A stretch of DNA of 41,150 nucleotides, taken from assembly GCA_964581405.1 (NCBI GenBank), contig CAZOOL010000001.1, positions 1-41,150 of the forward strand, written 5' to 3'. Under the pieces are notes generated by a model. It did not search any database. It was given only the letters and a program-made list of their open reading frames with translations, and was not told the DNA's origin. Position numbers and translations under genes: made by a program. Shown one piece after another: positions 30,085 through 38,135 of the stretch. The stretch's first letter is position 1, and every line of letters starts with the position of its first letter. This stretch comes from an uncultured Oscillospiraceae bacterium (GTDB lineage Bacteria > Bacillota > Clostridia > Oscillospirales > Ruminococcaceae).

Positions 30085-30672
30085 ATGGAAAACATTGAAA
30101 AGCGTGTTTTGATCGCGGATAAAGATGCTGCGTTTATTTCCGGTATGAAAAATATTCTTGAGAAAAACGGATATTCTGTGATTGGAACGGCAGATGACGG
30201 AATTGATGCCGTTTCCGAATGTATTGAAAAAGAACCGGAAATATTATTTATAAAACAGAATACGGAATTTATTGACGGGCTCAAAGCCTCTGCGTGTCTT
30301 CGTGAAAAGGGATACGGAGGATTTATCGTAATAGTATGCGATGATTATTCTGCGGAAATTACCCGGAAAGCGATTTCTTCCGGAGCTGACGGGGTCATAA
30401 CAAAGCCAGTCACCGAAAAATTCCTTGTTCCTTGGCTTTTTACCAAATTAAAAAGAACCGGAGATAAAAGGAATCTTTTCAATGAGAAAAACAGGCTTCT
30501 TTCGGAGCTTGAAGATAAAAGGCTTGAATCCGAAGCCCTCGGCATAATCGCTTCTTCAATGAAGACAACCATTGTCCGGGCAAAAGAGATTCTTGATAAA
30601 AAAGCAAAGGCAATGGGAGTTGCTCCGGCAGAGGTTGCAAGACTTATTGCCGGGGGAACGGATAATCAATAA
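30085..30672 (+). CDS. ANTAR-domain protein with degenerate (Asp-less) receiver domain, EutV paralog
   Basis: It aligns to the adjacent EutV along its whole length. The phospho-acceptor motif VLDIAMPAMDG is replaced by LFIKQNTEFIDG and DDD by DKD. The ANTAR-like C-terminus is LEDKRLESEALGIIASS...APAEVARLI. ATG 30085 follows GGAGAA. Confidence 0.75.
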   Translation: MENIEKRVLIADKDAAFISGMKNILEKNGYSVIGTADDGIDAVSECIEKEPEILFIKQNTEFIDGLKASACLREKGYGGFIVIVCDDYSAEITRKAISSGADGVITKPVTEKFLVPWLFTKLKRTGDKRNLFNEKNRLLSELEDKRLESEALGIIASSMKTTIVRAKEILDKKAKAMGVAPAEVARLIAGGTDNQ

Positions 30673-30683
30673 ACACACAGAAG

Positions 30684-31295
30684 GTGTATTTTTTGGCAGA
30701 TAAAGCAAACAGAAAAATAAGGCTCCTTATAGCGGATGATGATATTGCGATAAGAAGAACCTTCAGAAAATGCATAGAGGGCAGTAACTACGAGGTCGTT
30801 GCGGAGGCAAGCGACGGCATGACAGCCGTGAGCATGGCAAGGGAAACAAAAGCGGATATGGCGGTGCTCGATATTGCGATGCCGGCAATGGACGGCCTTG
30901 CGGCATCAAAAATCATGCTCAAGGAAGGACTCGTTTACTGCACCGTGATGCTCACTTCGTTTGAAACGGAAGATTACGTGGAATCCGCCATAGAGTGCGG
31001 TGCGGAAGGCTATATAACAAAGCCTTTTTACCGCGAACAGCTTCTTTCGGTGCTCGATACAAGTTTTGCTGAAAGCAGGGAAAAATACCTTCTTAAAAAA
31101 GACTGCACAAACCTTAAAAAGAAGATAGAAAGCAAGGAACTTGCAAATAAAGCAAAGCTTATCATAATGGAAAACAAAAATCTTGATGAAAACGGGGCGT
31201 ACACGTACCTTCGTGAAATGAGCAAGAGAAAAGGAATTTCGGTCGAAGCCGTAGCCGAGCTGATAACGGCGGAATGGGAGAATCGCATTGAATAG
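30684..31295 (+). CDS. eutV: ANTAR response regulator EutV
   Basis: Canonical receiver (LIADDD, AVLDIAMPAMDG, LTSF, ITKPF) plus ANTAR (KELANKAKLIIMENKNLDENGAYTYLREMSKRKGISVEAVAELI). The start is GTG 30684 or, better spaced from GAAGGTG, TTG 30693. It ends in TAG. Confidence 0.85.
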   Translation: MYFLADKANRKIRLLIADDDIAIRRTFRKCIEGSNYEVVAEASDGMTAVSMARETKADMAVLDIAMPAMDGLAASKIMLKEGLVYCTVMLTSFETEDYVESAIECGAEGYITKPFYREQLLSVLDTSFAESREKYLLKKDCTNLKKKIESKELANKAKLIIMENKNLDENGAYTYLREMSKRKGISVEAVAELITAEWENRIE

Positions 31296-32694
31296 TATCA
31301 CAAGAACCCTCTGTCAGAAATATACGAACCTTACAGATGAGGAAATAACCCACATTGAAGAATACGCTTCCATGCTCCAGGCATTTGCAAATGCCGAAGA
31401 AGCGGACGTTTTTATAGACTGCCGCTCCATGACGGGAAAAACCGCCATTGTTGTTGCGGAAGCCAAGCCGCAGACAGTTCCTTCAAACTATTCTATTCCG
31501 ATTCTCGGAATGCTGATAAACTGGCAGGACGAGCCGGCGGTTGACCGCACTTTTCGCTTTGAAAAGCCCACAAGAAGAATGTGCGCCGTACATATGCCGG
31601 AGGACAGAAACGTAATCCAGACGGTTGAACCGCTTTTTTATAACGAGAAACTCATCGGAACGCTTATTTATGAGAAAAACGCCGATGCTGCCGGAATACG
31701 CAGCGATAACGGCGGAAATGAACCGAAAAAAGTATCCGATAGTCTTTTCGGCGGACTTATGAGCAGACTTTCCGATTATTTAAGCGAAGCGGTTATACTT
31801 ATCGGCGATAATGACGAGATAGTTTCCTGTAACTCCGCCGCAAGGGAACTTTATTCCCAAAAGCTTGGTTACGTTGATGATATTATGAATATGCCGCTTA
31901 AAAATATCCAGCTCGATGCGGATGAGTATTTCCTTCCCGGAAGCAGCCTCAATGCAAACGGCATAAGAAAAAAGGAAGTCAAGGTAAGCACGCACAGTCT
32001 TCGATATACAACCGTTCCGATATACGCCGACGGCATTAAATTTGCGGTTATTATTGAGGACGTAACCGAGCTTCGCGAGCAGGAAAAACATTCCGGTGCT
32101 CAAAGCATCGCAATGCGTGAGCAGCGCCACAGAATAAAAAACAGCCTTATAATGCTTTCCGGAATGCTTGACATTCAGGAAAAATATGCAAATGAGCTGG
32201 ACGCTCATTCTGTTCTGCATGATACCGCAGGAAGGCTCAATGCTCTTGCTGCGACCCTCGAGGAAATAGTTCACGTTTCCGAAAAAACAGCATCATTGAA
32301 ATACGTCCTTGAAAAGGTTAGGGCAAACGTGCTCCAAAGTTCCGTAAGCGTTATTCAGCCTTTTGCGATTAAAATTGACGCGGACGACATCAATGTTTCC
32401 GCGTCTTATGCTTCGCCGATCGCGCTTATAGTAAACGAGCTTTTACAGAATGCGGTAAAGCACGCTTTTCCTTCGGGAAAAAGCGGAACGGTTACCATAA
32501 CTGCGGAAAAGGGAATACTTTCCACTAAAATTTCCGTTTCCGATGACGGGATCGGTTTTGACCCTGAGCAGGGGAGAAAATCGGGAACGGGACTTGAAAT
32601 TGTCAAAACCATTGTAAAAGAAAAGCTGAACGGCGATTTTATGGTAGAATCGTCCGAAAAAGGCACCGTTGCAACCTTTGATTTTATTGAATAA
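31288..32694 (+). CDS. eutW: cytoplasmic sensor histidine kinase EutW
   Basis: No TM segments. H-box EQRHRIKNSLIML and an ATPase domain (NELLQNAVKHAF...DDGIGF...GTGLEIV). TTG start lies 7 nt after GGGAG, with an 8-nt overlap with eutV. Confidence 0.85.
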   Translation: MNSITRTLCQKYTNLTDEEITHIEEYASMLQAFANAEEADVFIDCRSMTGKTAIVVAEAKPQTVPSNYSIPILGMLINWQDEPAVDRTFRFEKPTRRMCAVHMPEDRNVIQTVEPLFYNEKLIGTLIYEKNADAAGIRSDNGGNEPKKVSDSLFGGLMSRLSDYLSEAVILIGDNDEIVSCNSAARELYSQKLGYVDDIMNMPLKNIQLDADEYFLPGSSLNANGIRKKEVKVSTHSLRYTTVPIYADGIKFAVIIEDVTELREQEKHSGAQSIAMREQRHRIKNSLIMLSGMLDIQEKYANELDAHSVLHDTAGRLNALAATLEEIVHVSEKTASLKYVLEKVRANVLQSSVSVIQPFAIKIDADDINVSASYASPIALIVNELLQNAVKHAFPSGKSGTVTITAEKGILSTKISVSDDGIGFDPEQGRKSGTGLEIVKTIVKEKLNGDFMVESSEKGTVATFDFIE

Positions 32695-32697
32695 TAC

Positions 32698-32726
32698 TTG
32701 AAATATCAGCAAGTTTGGTATATAAT
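32698..32726 (+). promoter_or_regulatory. sigma-A promoter of eutBC
   Basis: TTGAAA, 17-nt spacer (ending TGGTA), TATAAT. Confidence 0.65.
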
Positions 32727-32893
32727 GTAAAAGGATTGGACTATACGATCCTGACTTTATATTTTAAAGTTGTAATCTGGTCGACCTGAGGAAAGGCGGC
32801 TTTATATAACGAAGTTTTGAAAAAAACGGAGTTATCGGGGAAAGCACCGTTTTAAACAGTTCTTTTCACCAAAAAAAGAAAGGAGTTTTCGCT

Positions 32894-34264
32894 TTGAAAC
32901 TGAAAACCAGACTTAACGGAAAAACTTATGAATTCCGTGATGTCAAAGACGTTCTCGCTAAAGCAAACGAACCTAAATCCGGCGACAGATATCTCGGCAT
33001 TGCACCTGAAACTGTTTCCGAAAAGATCGCTGCTAAAGTAGTTCTCAGTGAGCTTACCGTCGCTGACATCACCGAAAACCCTGTCGTTCCTTACGAGAAA
33101 GACGAGGTCACCAGAGTTGAGATCGACTCCATGAACAAACGCATGTATGATAAGTTTAAAAACTATACCATTGCTGAAGTTCGTGAGTGGATCATGGACC
33201 ACAACACCACCACCAACGATCTTTACCGCGCAAGCTATGCTTGGATCGGTGAAACCGTTGCAGCAGTCGCAAAAATCTGCTCTGCTTCCGACCTTATCTA
33301 CGGCGCAAGCAAATGCAGCAGACCTACCCGCTGCGAAACCCAGATCGGTCTTCCCGGAACTCTTTCCTTCCGTGCACAGTGCAACTCCAGCACCGATGAC
33401 CCCGATACTATCCTTCTCGGTGTTCAGGAAGCTGTTTCCTTCGGTTCCGGTGACCTTTGCTTCGGTATCAACCCCGTAGAAGATACCGTTGAAACCACCC
33501 AGAGAATTTCCCACGCTCTTCGCGACTTCAAAGATAAATGGGATATTCCTACCCAGATTTCCGTTCTTTCTCACGTAACCACCCAGATGCAGTCCGTTCG
33601 TGAAGGCGCACCGCTTTCCATGTTCTTCCAGTCCATCGCAGGTACCCAGAGCGCTTGCGAAGCATTCGGCGTTGACAAAGCACTTCTTCTCGAAGCATAT
33701 GACCTCGCTAAACAGGAATGCTACGGCACCGGTATGAACAAGCTTTATTTCGAAACCGGCCAAGGTTCCGAAATGTCCATCGACTGTGACGAAGGCGCAG
33801 ACGAAATGACTCTTGAAGGCCGTACCTACGGTTTTGCCCGTGCATTCGAGCCTTTCGGCGTCAACAACGTAACCGGCTTCATCGGACCGGAAACCATTTA
33901 CGACGGTAAAGAAATGATCCGTGGTAACCTCGAAGACCACTTCATGGCAAAAATCATCGGTCTTCCTATGGGTATGGCACCTTGCTTCACCAACCATACC
34001 GGCATCACCCAGGACGACCAGGAAATTGCTTGCCTGCTCCTCAACGCAGCAAACTGCAACTATTATATGGGCGTTCCTATGGGCGACGACGTTATGCTTG
34101 CATATCAGGACGTTTCCTTCCACGACGACAACACCATGCGCGAACTCAGCCACAGAAAACCTGCTCCTGAATTCCACAAATGGGCAATCAAGATGGGCAT
34201 CCTCGATGAAGAAGGCCGTCTTGGCGAACGTGCAGGCGACGCATCCATGTTCTTCGCTAAATAA
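32894..34264 (+). CDS. eutB: ethanolamine ammonia-lyase large subunit
   Basis: MKLKTRLNGKTYEFRDVKDVLAKANEPKSGD... is EutB-like over all 456 aa. TTG start lies 8 nt after AAAGGAG. Confidence 0.95.
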   Translation: MKLKTRLNGKTYEFRDVKDVLAKANEPKSGDRYLGIAPETVSEKIAAKVVLSELTVADITENPVVPYEKDEVTRVEIDSMNKRMYDKFKNYTIAEVREWIMDHNTTTNDLYRASYAWIGETVAAVAKICSASDLIYGASKCSRPTRCETQIGLPGTLSFRAQCNSSTDDPDTILLGVQEAVSFGSGDLCFGINPVEDTVETTQRISHALRDFKDKWDIPTQISVLSHVTTQMQSVREGAPLSMFFQSIAGTQSACEAFGVDKALLLEAYDLAKQECYGTGMNKLYFETGQGSEMSIDCDEGADEMTLEGRTYGFARAFEPFGVNNVTGFIGPETIYDGKEMIRGNLEDHFMAKIIGLPMGMAPCFTNHTGITQDDQEIACLLLNAANCNYYMGVPMGDDVMLAYQDVSFHDDNTMRELSHRKPAPEFHKWAIKMGILDEEGRLGERAGDASMFFAK

Positions 34265-34284
34265 GAAAGGAGGCTGCAATTATA

Positions 34285-35145
34285 ATGAACGATACCGAAC
34301 TTATGAAAATCATCCGTGAAGCTATCGCACAGGCCACTCAGGGCGAAGCAGCTCCCAAATGCAGCTGCTCCTGCGAATGTGACGGAGAGGTAGACGACAT
34401 CTCCGCATATAGCCTCAGAGAAGAATTCAATATTCCCAATCCTTATAACAAAGAAGAGTACATGAGACTTAAAGCAAAAACCGACGCACGTCTTGGCGTT
34501 TGGAGATGCGGTCCCCGTCCTCTTACCAAAACTACTCTTCGTGTTCGCGCAGATAACGCTGCAGCAATGGACGCTGTTTTCAACGATGTTCATGACGAAT
34601 ATCTTGAGAGAAACAACCTCAAATGCTATCAGACCAAATGCGACAGCAAAGAGACCTATCTTACCAGACCTGACCTTGGCCGTGTTTTCGATGATGAAAC
34701 CGCCGCACAGATCAAAAAAGACTGCATCAATGATCCTGACGTTCAGATCGTTGTTTCCGATGGCCTTTCTTCTTCCGCTGTTGAAGCAAACATCGACGCA
34801 GTTCTTCCCGCAATTTACAACGGCCTTAAAGCAACCAACCTCAAAGTTGGTACTCCTTTCTTCGTAAAATACGGACGTGTTGGCGCTGAAGACTCCGTTG
34901 CAAAGATTCTTAACGCAAAAGTAACCGTAATCCTTCTCGGTGAAAGACCCGGACTTGCAACCTCCAGCTCCCTTTCCGCATACTGCGTATACGGCGGCTA
35001 TCCCGGCATTCCCGAAGCAAACCGTACCGTTGTTTCCAACATTCATAAAGCAGGTACTCCTCCGGTAGAAGCAGGCGCATACATTGCAGAACTTTGCAAA
35101 CAGATGTATGACAAAAAAGCTTCCGGTCTTGACCTCAAAGCATAA
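34285..35145 (+). CDS. eutC: ethanolamine ammonia-lyase small subunit
   Basis: ...ARLGVWRCGPRPLTKTTLRVRADNAAAMDAV... The N-terminus is an amphipathic helix followed by a Cys-rich linker. Confidence 0.93.
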   Translation: MNDTELMKIIREAIAQATQGEAAPKCSCSCECDGEVDDISAYSLREEFNIPNPYNKEEYMRLKAKTDARLGVWRCGPRPLTKTTLRVRADNAAAMDAVFNDVHDEYLERNNLKCYQTKCDSKETYLTRPDLGRVFDDETAAQIKKDCINDPDVQIVVSDGLSSSAVEANIDAVLPAIYNGLKATNLKVGTPFFVKYGRVGAEDSVAKILNAKVTVILLGERPGLATSSSLSAYCVYGGYPGIPEANRTVVSNIHKAGTPPVEAGAYIAELCKQMYDKKASGLDLKA

Positions 35146-35157
35146 GGTACATATTTT

Positions 35158-35191
35158 AAGCGGTGCTCATTTTGAGCACCGCTTATTTTTT
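35158..35191 (+). terminator. rho-independent terminator (GTGCTCATTTTGAGCAC core)
   Basis: 11-bp stem aagcggtgctc-atttt-gagcaccgctt + a tttttt. Confidence 0.8.
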
Positions 35192-35212
35192 GTAAAATTT
35201 TCAGCGATTTAC

Positions 35213-35241
35213 TTGACAGAAGAGTATTATAGTGGTATAAA
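35213..35241 (+). promoter_or_regulatory. sigma-A promoter of the T-box/trpB unit
   Basis: TTGACA, 17-nt spacer ending TGG, TATAAA. Confidence 0.6.
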
Positions 35242-35261
35242 TATTCCATTATATTTCAAAA

Positions 35262-35530
35262 CCGATGATTGAGAAGAGTAGCTTTCAGCAAAAGTTCAAA
35301 GAGAGCGGCGGGCGGTGCGATCGCTGTAGCGGAGCGAAAGTGAATGGACTCATGAGGGCAGCGGGAAAGCGCTTTTGGCGTGAGTAATGGCTGACGTTAC
35401 CGGAACGTTATCAGACCGGGCGGATATGTTTGTATCCGGCTAAGTGGGCTTTTGCCAATCCAGGTGGCACCGCAGAGATTTTTTATCGTCTTTGTCCTGT
35501 TTTTTAAACATGGGACAAAGGCGTTTTTTT
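35262..35530 (+). promoter_or_regulatory. T-box riboswitch leader, Trp (UGG) specifier
   Basis: GA/K-turn and AGTA box (gatgattgagaagagtag). Stem I platform AGAGA...GGTGCGA. Specifier loop gaa-TGG-a (35345..35347). T-box sequence aatccaGGTGGCACCGCag (35457..35475). Terminator cgtctttgtcct...gggacaaaggcg + T7 (35487..35530). Confidence 0.85.
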
Positions 35531-35612
35531 ATTTTGGAGGTAATCATTATGAAACGATGGCGGAATTTGAACTGAACTTAAAACAAAATAATATTGAAAG
35601 GATACTGTTACT

Positions 35613-36857
35613 ATGTATATGAGCTATAAAGATTTTGACCGTTACCTTAAAGATTACCCAAGTAAAGACGGATTTTTCGGTATTTACGGAGGGCAGTTTA
35701 TTCCGGAAGAACTTGTTCCCGCATTCAGAGAAATTGATGATGCCTATGAAACAATTTGTCACAGCGCGCGGTTCATAAACGAACTTCGCCGCATAAGAAA
35801 GGAATTTCAGGGAAGAGCGACTCCGGTTTATCATTGTGAAAGACTTTCAAATCATATTGGCAGATGTCAGATTTACCTCAAGCGAGAGGATCTTAACCAT
35901 ACCGGCGCACATAAACTTAATCACTGCATGGGAGAAGGGCTTCTTGCGAAATACATGGGAAAGAAAAAACTCATAGCTGAAACCGGTGCGGGACAGCACG
36001 GTGTTGCGCTCGCAACGGCTGCTGCATATTTCGGTCTTGAATGTGATATTTATATGGGCGAAGTTGATATTGAAAAACAGGCGCCCAACGTCACCAGAAT
36101 GAAGCTTCTCGGAGCAAGGGTGATTCCTGTTTCAAAGGGTCTTAAGACTCTTAAAGAGGCTGTTGACGCCGCTTTTGAAGCATACATGAACGAATATAAA
36201 GATGCGGTTTATTGTATTGGTTCCGTCGTGGGACCCCACCCATTCCCGAAGATGGTGCGTGATTTCCAATCTGTTGTCGGAACAGAGGCGAGAGAACAGT
36301 TCCTTGAAATGACGGGCATTATGCCGGATGCTGTTGCAGCCTGCATCGGCGGCGGTTCCAACGCCGCGGGAATGTTTATTCCTTTTCTCAGTGACCCTGT
36401 TGATATATATGGTGTTGAACCTCTCGGAAGGGGCGAAAAGGTAGGGGATAACGCCGCTTCTATGAGCTACGGCAAACCGGGAATCCTTCATGGATTCAAC
36501 AGCTATCTTCTTCAGGATGAAAACGGAGAGCCGAATCCGGTTTATTCAATAGCAAGCGGGCTCGATTATCCTTCTGTCGGTCCGGAACACGCTTTTCTTC
36601 ACGATGCGGGCAGAGTTAATTACGTTTCCGTAAGCGATGACGAAGCGATGGAGGCTTTTTATAAGCTCTGTCGCCTTGAAGGGATCATTCCGGCGGTGGA
36701 AAGCTCCCACGCTGTTGCCTTTGCTATGAGATATGCAAGAGAGCACGATACGGGCTCAATTCTCGTCAACCTTTCGGGACGCGGAGATAAGGATATGGAT
36801 TTTGTGGTCGGAAAATACGGCATGGGTGAAAAATTTCTTGGTATCGGAGGTCCATAA
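35613..36857 (+). CDS. trpB: tryptophan synthase beta chain (TrpB1-type), stand-alone
   Basis: [13 protein letters not shown]...[15 protein letters not shown]...[11 protein letters not shown]...[10 protein letters not shown]...SGRGDKD. No trpA is adjacent. Confidence 0.93.
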   Translation: MYMSYKDFDRYLKDYPSKDGFFGIYGGQFIPEELVPAFREIDDAYETICHSARFINELRRIRKEFQGRATPVYHCERLSNHIGRCQIYLKREDLNHTGAHKLNHCMGEGLLAKYMGKKKLIAETGAGQHGVALATAAAYFGLECDIYMGEVDIEKQAPNVTRMKLLGARVIPVSKGLKTLKEAVDAAFEAYMNEYKDAVYCIGSVVGPHPFPKMVRDFQSVVGTEAREQFLEMTGIMPDAVAACIGGGSNAAGMFIPFLSDPVDIYGVEPLGRGEKVGDNAASMSYGKPGILHGFNSYLLQDENGEPNPVYSIASGLDYPSVGPEHAFLHDAGRVNYVSVSDDEAMEAFYKLCRLEGIIPAVESSHAVAFAMRYAREHDTGSILVNLSGRGDKDMDFVVGKYGMGEKFLGIGGP

Positions 36858-36862
36858 TCAAA

Positions 36863-37283
36863 ATGATTATAAAAAACAAATATCCGATATGTGAATTTGA
36901 TACGAATGACAATGCGAAAATAAGGGCGTCGGATTTTCTTGAGAAATTACTTCCGAAAAGATGCGTTATAACATTCTTCAGAAAAGAACTTGAAGAGTTT
37001 GTTTCTGAAAAGGGATTACCGATCATCGGAAAACTGCATTCGGAGGTGGTCGATCTTCCGATTTACGGTTACGGCAAGGAAAAACAAAGGATGTATTACC
37101 GTTGAGATGGAAACGGCTGCATTTTTTGGCGTTTCAAAATATTATAATATTGGATTGGCACAGCTTTTATATACCGGCGATGATTTATCCGGAGAAAAAT
37201 GGGATTCAAGATGCTGGGACAAACAATTCGGAGTAAGGCGAAACCTTATTGAAATAAGCCTGGAGCTTGTTAACAGGATATAA
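36863..37283 (+). pseudogene. remnant of a nucleoside phosphorylase-family (PNP_UDP_1) gene: N- and C-terminal parts joined with a frameshift, central part missing
   Basis: Frame 1 (36863..37105) gives an N-terminal-like 80 aa. Frame 2 (to 37283) gives ITVEMETAAFFGVSKYYNIGLAQLLYTGDDLSGEKWD, the conserved C-terminal block. The total is only about 140 codons, against roughly 240-260 as I recall for intact members. Confidence 0.7.
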
Positions 37284-37284
37284 A

Positions 37285-37314
37285 AGAAAAAAGACCGGTT
37301 TTGCCGGTCTTTTT
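37285..37314. terminator. bidirectional rho-independent terminator
   Basis: A-run + aagaccgg-ttttg-ccggtctt + tttt. Confidence 0.75.
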
Positions 37315-37334
37315 ATATGTAAAACTATTTTACT

Positions 37335-38135
37335 TTACAGTCTGTGCTTTTTTGAAGCGTCGGTATCATTCATGAACTTCGAGAATTTTGTGTTCACAAA
37401 ACGGGGAGAAAGCCTTGTGAGGAATGCCATCGTTTTGACATTTGCACCGTGATACGCGAGCTTTTTGCCTTTCATCATCGCTTTATATCCGGCCATGGCA
37501 ACGTCATGAGGATTTGCGGGTTTTATATATTTGAAAGCGTTGGACTTTCCGTAATCGGAAACGCTTTTAAAATTACTTTCAGTCGGTCCGGGGCAAAGAC
37601 AGGTTACGGTTACGTTTCTGTGTTTGAATTCCTCCGCAAGGGCTTCGGAAAATGAAAGAACGAATGCTTTTGATGCGAAATATACGGACATATAGGGTCC
37701 GGAGCTGAAAGCCGCAACGGAAGAAACATTGAGTATCCTTCCGTTTCCGCGGTTATACATTCCTCTGCCGAAAAGGTAGCAAAGCTCCATCAAAGCGAGA
37801 ATATTGAGTTTTACCATGTTTTCATGGATTTCCCAATCTGCATGAAGAAATGCACGATTATCGCCGGATCCGGCGTTGTTGACAAGATAATCAACGGTGC
37901 GGCCATCGGAAACGACTTCATCAAAAAGTTCCCGTGCCGCATTGGGTGCGGTCAGATCCTTAGCATAAAAGCAGGCGGAAATTCCGTATTCAGACTCAAG
38001 GTGCTTTTTTATTTTTATAAGTTTATCCTCGCTTCTGGCAACGAGAATAATATTATCGCCTTTGGAGGCAAAAATTTTTGCGAATTCAAAGCCGATTCCG
38101 CTGGAAGCACCTGTTATAAGAACAGTTTTATTCAT
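37335..38135 (-). CDS. SDR-family oxidoreductase
   Basis: VLITGASSGIGFEFA (TGxxxGxG), NNAG, and the YxxxK element YFASKAF. Confidence 0.88.
   Translation of the reverse strand: MNKTVLITGASSGIGFEFAKIFASKGDNIILVARSEDKLIKIKKHLESEYGISACFYAKDLTAPNAARELFDEVVSDGRTVDYLVNNAGSGDNRAFLHADWEIHENMVKLNILALMELCYLFGRGMYNRGNGRILNVSSVAAFSSGPYMSVYFASKAFVLSFSEALAEEFKHRNVTVTCLCPGPTESNFKSVSDYGKSNAFKYIKPANPHDVAMAGYKAMMKGKKLAYHGANVKTMAFLTRLSPRFVNTKFSKFMNDTDASKKHRL

Noticed and set aside
31293-31295. The idea that TAG is reassigned genome-wide as a sense codon, which would explain the metG TAG.
   Set aside because: eutV appears to terminate properly at this TAG: the ANTAR domain is complete and eutW starts in the usual overlapping fashion. 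Read-through would add only 15 unrelated codons. One gene cannot prove either case, so reassignment is kept only as a minor alternative inside the metG finding.
32779-32786. The palindrome GGTCGACC in the eutB leader, considered as a hairpin or protein site.
   Set aside because: An 8-nt self-complementary stretch with no loop cannot form a hairpin and is expected by chance. It also overlaps the more interesting cct[GAGGAA]agg element.
35547-35834. A 95-aa minus-strand ORF across the trpB start.
   Set aside because: It overlaps the trpB N-terminus and the T-box region. It has no RBS and a composition typical of antisense shadows.
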